Shown one piece after another: positions 26,797-34,378 of a stretch of DNA of 40,619 nt. This DNA is from a bacterium. Lineage in GTDB: Bacteria; Krumholzibacteriota; Krumholzibacteriia; LZORAL124-64-63. The stretch covers positions 1 to 40,619 of the forward strand of contig JANOEP010000037.1 in assembly GCA_031441465.1 (NCBI GenBank). Direction: 5' to 3'. Positions within the stretch are counted from its first letter, which is position 1. Each line of letters opens with the position of its first letter. Made by a program: the position numbers and the translations under genes. The notes beneath the pieces were generated by a model. The model was given only the letters and a program-made list of their open reading frames with translations, made no database searches and was not told the origin of the DNA.

Positions 26797-28088
26797 CGTT
26801 CGGCCATCGCCGCGAGCAGCAACTCGACGCTGCGCGCCGCGGCACCGCGTTGCGCTTCGACCACGCCGCGGGCCGCCTCGCCGGTGCGCCGGCGCTCGCC
26901 GGGGTCGTCGAGCTGCCGACGCAGCCAAGCCGCGGCGCCGCGGGAGTCGCGCAGGACCGTGCCGGCGCCGAGGGCCGCCATGGCGACGGCCTCTTCCGCA
27001 TTGGTGATCCGCGGCCCGAAGCCCACCGGCACGGCTGCGGCGGCCGGTTCGAGCGTGCTGTGCACGCCGGTCGTGAAGCTGCCCCCGACGTAGGCCGCCG
27101 TGGCGGCCCGGTAGATCCCCGCCAACACCCCCACGCGATCGACCACCAGCAGGCGGACGTCGGCCGGCGCGCCCGTGCCGTGTTCCCAGCCGGACAACGT
27201 AGCCGCCGCCACGCCGCGCCGCGCCGCGTCGGCCAGCAGGCCCGCGACGCGCGCGGGCGTGGGCTCGTGGGGGACCAGCACGACGCGCAGGCCTGGCCGC
27301 TCGCGCAGCAGCTCCGGCAGCACGGGCCACCACAGCGCCTCGTCCGGCGGCCAGGTGCTGCCCAGCACCAGCCGTTGCTCCCCCCAGGCCGCCAGCCTGT
27401 TCGGCAGTGGGTCGGTCGCCGCCGCCTCGAAGCGCAGCAGGACCTGCTCGGCGCGGGTGTCGCCGCTGACGACGACCGGCGCCTTCACGCCCAGGTCCGC
27501 GACGAAGCGGTCCCGGTCCGCCGCCGAACCGACGCCCAGGCGGGCGAAGCGGTCGAACAGGTCGCGGTAGAACGCCCGCAGCAGCGGGTGGCGCCGCAGC
27601 GAGCCGGGCGGCAGCGCGCCCGACAGCAGCAGGATCGGCACGCCGGCGGCGTCGGCCGCGGCGACGAGGTTCGGCCAGCAGTCGTACTTGACGAAGACCA
27701 GCGCCCGCGGCCGCCAGGCGGCCAGCAGTTCCCGCAGGTCCGCCGGCCGATCCAGGGGCAGGTAGTCGTGGAAGTCGGCTGCGGGGTGCGACAGGGCGTA
27801 CTCGCGTCCCGACGGCGAGAAGTGGGTCACGGCCAGCGGGCCCACGCCCAGTTCCCGCAATCGGCGCAGGATGGGCCGGGCCTGCTCGTATTCTCCCACC
27901 GAGGTGGCGTGCAGCCAGACGCCGCCACGGACCAGGGGTGCCGCGTTCCGCAGGCGGGACATCAACTCCCGGCGCCCGGCCAGCCCCCGGCCCAGCTTCG
28001 GCGCGAACGCCGCGGCTGCCGGCAGCAGCGGCAGCGCGAGGCGCACCGCCGCCCGGTACGCGAACCAGGCCGCCGCCGCGCGGCTCAC
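26787..28088 (-). CDS. waaA: 3-deoxy-D-manno-octulosonic acid (Kdo) transferase
   Basis: WLHATSVGEYEQ, THFSPSG, YLPLD, SGDTR, LGSTWPPDE, VPHEP, AYVGGSF…LEPAA. Confidence 0.9.
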   Translation of the reverse strand: MSRAAAAWFAYRAAVRLALPLLPAAAAFAPKLGRGLAGRRELMSRLRNAAPLVRGGVWLHATSVGEYEQARPILRRLRELGVGPLAVTHFSPSGREYALSHPAADFHDYLPLDRPADLRELLAAWRPRALVFVKYDCWPNLVAAADAAGVPILLLSGALPPGSLRRHPLLRAFYRDLFDRFARLGVGSAADRDRFVADLGVKAPVVVSGDTRAEQVLLRFEAAATDPLPNRLAAWGEQRLVLGSTWPPDEALWWPVLPELLRERPGLRVVLVPHEPTPARVAGLLADAARRGVAAATLSGWEHGTGAPADVRLLVVDRVGVLAGIYRAATAAYVGGSFTTGVHSTLEPAAAAVPVGFGPRITNAEEAVAMAALGAGTVLRDSRGAAAWLRRQLDDPGERRRTGEAARGVVEAQRGAAARSVELLLAAMAERQA

Positions 28089-29107
28089 GAGGCGACCTCG
28101 CGGTCGAGCAGGCCCCGCAACGCGGTGAGGACCGTCGTCGCGGAGATGCCGGCGAGGCAGGCCAGATCCCCGCGATGGCAGGGGCGCGACCCGGTGCGCG
28201 AGCAGGGTCGGCAGTCGAGGTCGCGCTCCAGCATCACGCTCGCGGGCAGCAGCGGCGCGTAGCCGAAGTCGCGCACGGTCGGACCGAACAGGGCGACCAC
28301 GGGCGTGCCGACGGCTTCGGACAGGTGCAGCAGGCCGCTGTCGTTCACGATGGCGGCGCGGCAGCCGGCCAGTTCCGCGGCGATCTCGGTCAGCGGACGG
28401 TCCCTCAGCACGCGGGCGTCGGGGTGCCGTGCGACCGCCGCCGCCAGCGGCCCGCCGTCGAACCAGGCCGCCTCGTCGGGGCCCAGCAGGACCGACAAGG
28501 AATGCGGCAATGCGCCCGCCAGCAGGTCCACCAGTTCGGCGGCGTGAGTCTCGGGCCAGCGCTTCGTGGTCCACCTCGCGCCGGGAGCCAGGACCAGGCG
28601 CGATCCCGGGACGGGCGCGAACACGCCCTGCAGCGGGGGGCGCGCGGCGGCGCGCACGGCGGCCGCTTCGCAGCCGACGGTCGGGGCCAGCGCGCAGAAC
28701 CGGTCCAGCAGCGACCGGGGTTCGGCTGCAGAGAGCGGTCGCCGCGGCCGGCGGCGCGACCCGACCAGCGCCAGCCGCTGCAAGGTGTCCTTGTGCAGGC
28801 GGGCATCGACGCCGCGTCCCAGCAGCAGCGGCAGCGCGCGGCTGCGCAGCACGGCGTGGGCGTCCAGCCACACCTCGGTGCGCCGACCGCGCAACCGGCG
28901 CGCGAGTCCGATCAGATCGCTCCAGCCGCCGCCCTCGAGCGCGACCACCTCGTCGACGCCGGCGAAGCGCGCCGCGAGGGGTGCGAACCGCGCTTTGGTG
29001 ACCAGCGTCGCCCGCGGGCCGCCGACAGCGGCGAGCCCGGAGAGGAACCAACCGCACAGGCAGAGGTCGCCCAGGGCGCCGAAGCGGATGACGATGGTGC
29101 GCGGCAC
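28085..29107 (-). CDS. Glycosyltransferase family 9 (LPS heptosyltransferase)
   Basis: IRFGALGDL, APGARWTTKRWP, NDSGLLHLSEAVGTPVVALFGPT, CRPCS…C…C. Confidence 0.9.
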   Translation of the reverse strand: MPRTIVIRFGALGDLCLCGWFLSGLAAVGGPRATLVTKARFAPLAARFAGVDEVVALEGGGWSDLIGLARRLRGRRTEVWLDAHAVLRSRALPLLLGRGVDARLHKDTLQRLALVGSRRRPRRPLSAAEPRSLLDRFCALAPTVGCEAAAVRAAARPPLQGVFAPVPGSRLVLAPGARWTTKRWPETHAAELVDLLAGALPHSLSVLLGPDEAAWFDGGPLAAAVARHPDARVLRDRPLTEIAAELAGCRAAIVNDSGLLHLSEAVGTPVVALFGPTVRDFGYAPLLPASVMLERDLDCRPCSRTGSRPCHRGDLACLAGISATTVLTALRGLLDREVAS

Positions 29108-29171
29108 GTGTTCCTTTCGCGGCGGATCGGCCCGGGGACCCCGGGCGGGCGGGACGGAGCCGGGAACGCAG

Positions 29172-29215
29172 AGCCTAGTGACGCGCTTGCAGGGTGTCAA
29201 GCGAGCGGCTATGCT
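29172..29215. promoter_or_regulatory. Overlapping divergent sigma70 promoters
   Basis: Plus: TTGCAG(29187)-N17-TATGCT(29210). Minus: TTGACA(29200-29195)-N17-TAGGCT(29177-29172). Confidence 0.6.
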
Positions 29216-29245
29216 CCCGCGATCGCCGACCGCCGGGAGGGTTCC

Positions 29246-30499
29246 TTGCTCGATTTCGCCGAACTGGCCTTGCTCCTGCTGCTCTCGGCCCTGTTCTCGG
29301 GCACCGAGACCGCCCTGTTTTCGCTGCAGGACGGGGATCTGGCGCGGATGCGGCGCAGCGCGTCGTCCGCGGATCGGCACCTCCTGCACCTGCTGGCCGA
29401 CCCGCCGCGCCTGCTCGCGGCGCTGCTGATCGGGAACCTGCTGGTCAACATCGGCGTGAGCGTCCTGGGGACGTCGCTGCTCCTGGAACGGTTCGGCCGG
29501 CGTGGGCTGGCGCTGGCCGTGCCGACGCTGACGGTGGTCGTGCTGCTGTTCGGCGAGATCACCCCCAAGCTGATCGCCTTGCGCCTGGGCCCGCCCCTGG
29601 CGCGCCTGTTGCAGACGCCGGTGCGCGTCTGGCTGGCCGTGATCCGGCCCGTGCTCGACCTCAACGGCCTGATCACGCGGCGCGCGCTGGCGCGCCTGCC
29701 GTACGAGCGCACCGGGAGCCGGCCGCTGACCGTGCCGGAATTGATCACCGCCGTGGACATGGCCGCGCACGACGCGTCGCTCACCGAGACCGAGGGGCGC
29801 TTCGTCGCCCGACTGCTGACGCTCGACGGCCGGGAAGTGCGCGAGATCATGCGGCCTCGCCCGGACGTGGTGTCGCTGGAGATCGGCCAGACCCGCGCCG
29901 CGATCCTGGAGACGGCCCGCGCCGCGGGGGTGAACCGCTACCCAGTCGGCGAACCCGGCCGCAACCTGCCGGTGGGCGTGCTGCACCTGAAGGACCTGCT
30001 CGATCAGCCCGACGACGCGCTCCTGAGCGCCGCCCTGCTCCACGAACCCGTCTTCGTCCCCGAGTCGAAGTCCGTGTCCGTGCTGATGCACGAACTGCGG
30101 GTGGACGGCGGCCACATGGCGTTCGTGCTCGACGAGCACGGCGACTTCGCGGGCCTGGTCACCCTGGAGGATTGCCTCGAGGTCCTGACCGGCCCCTGGC
30201 TCGACGAGTCCGACGCCGAAGATCCCGAGATCCTGGCCGTGGGCGACCGCAACTGGATCGTCGCCGGCGGCACGGACCTGCGTCAGGTCCGTGAAGTGTG
30301 CGGCGCTCCGCTCGATTCTTCGCGCGACTACGTCACCCTGGCCGGTTTCGTCATGTCGCGGCTGGGACGCATCCCCGCCCGCGGCGACCGCGTCGTCTGG
30401 GACCGCTACCGATGCACGGTCCTGGAGATGGACGGCCTGCGCGTCACGAAGCTGCGGCTGCAACGGCTGCCGCGCCCGACGCCGGAGGTGACGCCGTGA
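29246..30499 (+). CDS. Hemolysin-family / CNNM (DUF21-CBS-CorC) protein
   Basis: SALFSGTETALFSL, LLFGEITPK, CBS pair (FVPESK, VLDEHG), C-terminal TLAGFVMSRLGRIP; TTG start after GGGAGG. Confidence 0.9.
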   Translation: MLDFAELALLLLLSALFSGTETALFSLQDGDLARMRRSASSADRHLLHLLADPPRLLAALLIGNLLVNIGVSVLGTSLLLERFGRRGLALAVPTLTVVVLLFGEITPKLIALRLGPPLARLLQTPVRVWLAVIRPVLDLNGLITRRALARLPYERTGSRPLTVPELITAVDMAAHDASLTETEGRFVARLLTLDGREVREIMRPRPDVVSLEIGQTRAAILETARAAGVNRYPVGEPGRNLPVGVLHLKDLLDQPDDALLSAALLHEPVFVPESKSVSVLMHELRVDGGHMAFVLDEHGDFAGLVTLEDCLEVLTGPWLDESDAEDPEILAVGDRNWIVAGGTDLRQVREVCGAPLDSSRDYVTLAGFVMSRLGRIPARGDRVVWDRYRCTVLEMDGLRVTKLRLQRLPRPTPEVTP

Positions 30500-31530
30500 G
30501 CGGAGGGCTTTCCCCGGCGGGCACCGCCATCCTGTTGATGATCTGCCTGGTGTCGGCGGCCTTCTTCGCGGGCGCCGAGACGGGACTCATGAGCATCAGC
30601 CGCATCCGGCTGCGCACCCTGCTGCGCCGCGAACCGCACGCGGGCGCGGCCGCGTTGCGACGCCTGCTGGCGCGGGTCGAGGATCCGGTCCTGTCCTGCC
30701 TCATCGGCTCGAACCTCGCGACGGTCGCCTTCAGCGCCGTGCTGACCGCCGCGCTGACGGCCCGCTACGGCGACCACAGCGAACTCGCGGCGGCGGCGAT
30801 CGCGGCGGTGGTGGTGATCGTCTTCGGCGAAATCGTCCCGAAGGTGGTCTACCGGGAATACCCCGAGCGGCTCAGCCTCGCCTCGGTCCGGCCCCTGCGG
30901 GCGGCCATGCTGCTGCTCGCGCCCGTGCGCTGGGTGCTGCTGGCCTATTCCTCGTTGATCGACCGGCTCTTGCCGGGCGGCGGCCGGCACGGCGAGGGCG
31001 CGGTCATCGGGCGCGAGGCGATGCACAACCTGATCGCCGCCCATCCGGCGGCCGCGCAGGACGAACGCTTCACCGAGTTGTTGGCGCGTTGCCTCGCCCT
31101 GTCGGACCTGAACCTCGAAGCGGTGATGACGCCGTGGGACCAGGTCGACAGCCTGCCCCGCGCGGTGGATCCCGCGACTTGCCGCCGCCTGGCGGCGGCC
31201 TCGGGCTACAGCCGGCTGCCGGTGCTGGGCGACGCCCCGCACGAAGTGCAAGGCTGGATCCTGGTGCGCGATCTGTTGCTGTCCGAGACGGTGAAGCAGG
31301 ACTGGCGGCGGATCCCGGATGCGCTGCTGCGCACCTGTCCCCGCGTGGACCGCGGCATGTCGCCCTGGGGACTGTTCGAGGAGATGCGCTGGCAGCGACA
31401 GCAGATGGCCGTGGTGGTGGACGCCGAGGGGAACCCGCTGGGCCTCGTCACGTTGGAGGATCTGCTGGAAGTCCTGGTGGGCAGCATCGAGGACGAATTC
31501 GACGGCGAGGCGGCTCCGGTCGCCGTCTGA
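30496..31530 (+). CDS. CNNM/DUF21-CBS protein (no CorC domain)
   Basis: AFFAGAETG, VFGEIVPK, GYSRLPV, GLVTLEDLLEVLVGSIEDEFD. Confidence 0.88.
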   Translation: MSGGLSPAGTAILLMICLVSAAFFAGAETGLMSISRIRLRTLLRREPHAGAAALRRLLARVEDPVLSCLIGSNLATVAFSAVLTAALTARYGDHSELAAAAIAAVVVIVFGEIVPKVVYREYPERLSLASVRPLRAAMLLLAPVRWVLLAYSSLIDRLLPGGGRHGEGAVIGREAMHNLIAAHPAAAQDERFTELLARCLALSDLNLEAVMTPWDQVDSLPRAVDPATCRRLAAASGYSRLPVLGDAPHEVQGWILVRDLLLSETVKQDWRRIPDALLRTCPRVDRGMSPWGLFEEMRWQRQQMAVVVDAEGNPLGLVTLEDLLEVLVGSIEDEFDGEAAPVAV

Positions 31531-31560
31531 CGGCCGGTGCCCGTACAAGGGAGGGTGGAC

Positions 31561-31965
31561 ATGAGCGAGACAACGGCCCCGGAGTTCGACAAGCACGACC
31601 AGGCGCTGATGATGCTGGGGCTCAACCTGCAGACCGGTACCCTGGTGCAGCTCGGCAAGATCGTCGATCCCCAGTCCGGGCAGACGCGGCGCGATCTCGA
31701 AGGGGCGCGCCTGTCGATCGACCTGCTGGACATGTTGAAGGTCAAGACGAAGGGCAACGCGCACCCCGAGGTGGCCGGCCTGCTGTCGCGCGCCACGCTC
31801 GACTTGAAGCTCGACTACATGGACGAGCTGAAGAAGGATCGCCAGGAGACCGCGCCCACGGAGCCGCCGGAACCGGCGCCGGTCGAGACCGCTCCGGACG
31901 GCGACGCGCCGGGAGACGGCAAGCCGGAGGGTTCGTCACCCGCCGACGACGGGGCTCCGGCGTGA
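31561..31965 (+). CDS. DUF1844-like protein
   Basis: LGKIVDPQSG…DLEGARLSIDLLDMLKVKTKGN…L.LDY; ATG after AGGGAGG. Confidence 0.8.
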   Translation: MSETTAPEFDKHDQALMMLGLNLQTGTLVQLGKIVDPQSGQTRRDLEGARLSIDLLDMLKVKTKGNAHPEVAGLLSRATLDLKLDYMDELKKDRQETAPTEPPEPAPVETAPDGDAPGDGKPEGSSPADDGAPA

Positions 31966-33425
31966 GGATCGCGACGATCGCCCGCCTGATCGCGGTCGGC
32001 CTGGCCGCGGCCGTGCTGCTCGGGCCGGACGTCGGCGCCGCCGAGCAGTCGCGCCGCAACCAGGAACGGTCCGTGAGATGCGGATGGCTGGTCGAGGGGA
32101 TCCTGCCCCCCGACGGCCTGCTGCTGATCGGCGTGGGCCACGAGCGCTGGGCGGTCCAGGCCGGGCCGGCCGATGCGCGCTACTACGTCGACCACGTCAG
32201 CTGGCGCGCCGACGTCGAGTACGGCTGGCGGCCTTGGCTGCGGGCGTGGGCGTCGGCGCCCTGGCGCTCCTGGTCGGGCGGCGGGGGCGAGTTGCCCGCC
32301 GCCGGCTCCGGTCTCGCCGATGGGCAGGCCGGTCTGGTCCTCGGGTTGCCGCAGCTCTGGCGCAACGGCGGCCTGGCGCTCGACCTGCGCTCCACCCTGC
32401 CGCTGGGTTCCCGCGCGAGCGGCCTGGGCGACGGCGCGGCCGCACCCTACGCCGGCCTGGCCTGGACGCAACGCTTCTGGAAAGACCGCCAGGTTCCCGA
32501 ACTGCGCCTGCACGCCGGCGCGGGCCGGCGCTGGACCCCCCGCGACGAGGGGCGCGGCGCCGCGGGCGGCGGTCGCTACGAACCCTGGCCGTTCACCTAC
32601 CCCGCGTCCACCGGCGGCACCTGCAACGACGCCTGGCTGTGGAGCGCGGGCGTCGACGTGCGCAAGTCGCTCGCCGTGCTGCAGGTCACCTACGCCGCGG
32701 AGTCGTACGCCGCCTCCGCGGCGATCTCGCCGCGCGAGGCCTTCCGTTCCCTGACCGCCGGCTTGCGCTGGGGCGCGGAGGCGGGCTGGGCGCTGGACGT
32801 CGCCTACGAAGTGCCCCTGTCCCGCGAGGACCCCGCCACGCCGTTCGTGGTCGCGATTCCCGACTGGACGCTGCAGGTGGGGGTCAGCCGCGGGTTCGCC
32901 CTCGGCGGATCGGACCGCGACCGCGACGGGGTCGCGGACCGCTTGGACCTCTGCCCGGCCGCTCCCGAGGACCGCGACGGCTTCCAGGATGCGGACGGCT
33001 GCCCGGATCCCGACAACGACGAGGACGGCGTGCCGGATGTGGCGGACGAGGCTCCCGAGATCGCCGAAGACCAGGACGGCTGGCGTGACGGGGACGGAGC
33101 GCCCGACCTGGACAACGACGGTGACGGGATCCTCGACCGTGAGGACAGCTGTCCCAACGAGACCGAGAACTTCAACGGCTACCAGGACGACGACGGTTGT
33201 CCCGAAGAAATGCAGGATCGCGACGGGGACGGGATCGTGGATCAGGAAGACCGCTGCGCGGACGTCGCGGAGGATCGGGACGGCTTCGAGGACCAGGACG
33301 GCTGCCCCGACGCGGACAACGACCTCGACGGGATTCCCGACCTGCGCGACGCCTGTCCCGACGGGGCCGAGGACTACGACGGCGACCGCGACGACGACGG
33401 CTGTCCCGACGAGCCCGCCGGCTAG
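31962..33425 (+). CDS. Putative outer-membrane beta-barrel protein with thrombospondin type 3 repeats
   Basis: Signal peptide, alternating beta-strand segments, then DxDxDG..D..D.CP / D.DG..D.DGCP repeats. Confidence 0.75.
   Translation: MRIATIARLIAVGLAAAVLLGPDVGAAEQSRRNQERSVRCGWLVEGILPPDGLLLIGVGHERWAVQAGPADARYYVDHVSWRADVEYGWRPWLRAWASAPWRSWSGGGGELPAAGSGLADGQAGLVLGLPQLWRNGGLALDLRSTLPLGSRASGLGDGAAAPYAGLAWTQRFWKDRQVPELRLHAGAGRRWTPRDEGRGAAGGGRYEPWPFTYPASTGGTCNDAWLWSAGVDVRKSLAVLQVTYAAESYAASAAISPREAFRSLTAGLRWGAEAGWALDVAYEVPLSREDPATPFVVAIPDWTLQVGVSRGFALGGSDRDRDGVADRLDLCPAAPEDRDGFQDADGCPDPDNDEDGVPDVADEAPEIAEDQDGWRDGDGAPDLDNDGDGILDREDSCPNETENFNGYQDDDGCPEEMQDRDGDGIVDQEDRCADVAEDRDGFEDQDGCPDADNDLDGIPDLRDACPDGAEDYDGDRDDDGCPDEPAG
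32913..33410 (+). repeat. Five tandem TSP3-type Ca-binding double repeats (coding)
   Basis: Five ~33-35 aa units such as DRDGDGIVDQEDRCADVAEDRDGFEDQDGCP. Confidence 0.85.
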
Positions 33426-34225
33426 GTCTCGCCCCGCTCCGCGGCCTTCGCGGCCCGCCAGGCGGCCTCGAGCTCGTCGAGGGAGGCGGCGGTCAGGCGG
33501 TCGCGGTCGCCGTCGAACGCGGCCTCGACGGCGTGGAAGCGGGAGCGGAAGCGGGTGTTGGCCTTGCGCAGTGCGACGTCCGGGGCGACGTCAAGCTTGC
33601 GGGCGAGGTTGGCCACGGAAAACAGCAGGTCGCCGACTTCGTGCTCCACGGCCGCCGCGTCGCCGACGGCGACGGCGTCGTCGAGTTCGGTCATCTCCTC
33701 GCGGATCTTCTCCCACACGCCGGCGAGATCCGGCCAGTCGAAACCGACCTGGGCCGCGTCCTTCTGGTAGCGGTGGGCCTGGTGCAGCGGCGCGGCCGAG
33801 GCCGGCAGATCCTTCAGGAGCGACTCGCGGTCCGGGTCCAGACCCTTGGCCCGCTTTTCCTGGGCCTTGACCTCGTTCCAGCGCTGCTGGCTCTCGCCGG
33901 CGTCGCCGGCCGCAGCGCCGCCGAAGACGTGGGGGTGCCGACGCACGAGCTTCGCGTCGGCCAGGGCGGCGACGTCGTCGAACCCGGTGCGGGTCGTCTC
34001 GCCGAGGATCTCCGCGACGAAGCAGACCATGAACAGCAGGTCGCCGAGTTCTTCCCGGATGTGGTCGAGATCCCCTTCGAGGGCGGCCTCGAGCAATTCG
34101 GCCGATTCGTCGTGCAGGTGGTGCGCGGCGGTGGCCAGGGTCTGCTTGCGGTCCCAAGGGCAGCCGTCCGGGGCGCGCAGGACGTGGATCGTGGACAGCA
34201 GTCGCTCGGTGTTCGGCAGGGGCAT
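33422..34225 (-). CDS. mazG: Nucleoside triphosphate pyrophosphohydrolase MazG
   Basis: LRAPDGCPWDRKQT, EELGDLL, KLVRRHPHVF, GFDW, EVGDLLF. Confidence 0.93.
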   Translation of the reverse strand: MPLPNTERLLSTIHVLRAPDGCPWDRKQTLATAAHHLHDESAELLEAALEGDLDHIREELGDLLFMVCFVAEILGETTRTGFDDVAALADAKLVRRHPHVFGGAAAGDAGESQQRWNEVKAQEKRAKGLDPDRESLLKDLPASAAPLHQAHRYQKDAAQVGFDWPDLAGVWEKIREEMTELDDAVAVGDAAAVEHEVGDLLFSVANLARKLDVAPDVALRKANTRFRSRFHAVEAAFDGDRDRLTAASLDELEAAWRAAKAAERGET

Positions 34226-34378
34226 GGCGCTTCCTCGTCGTGGGTGGGAGGCCGGAGCGCGCGGCGGCTCCGGGACGCCGCCCAGTGTAAATCCCTTGTG
34301 CGGAATGCGAAAGAACGGATACCATGAAAGGTCACGTTGGCGCGTCGTCGGCGCCCGCGACGGGGTCCAGGAGGAACG

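Noticed and set aside
32913..33410. CRISPR-like periodic repeats
   Set aside because: These are degenerate, in-frame protein repeats (TSP3), not identical repeats with unique spacers, and there are no cas genes.
34226..34378. LexA box upstream of uvrA
   Set aside because: No clear CTGT-N8-ACAG or GAAC-N4-GTTC palindrome found.
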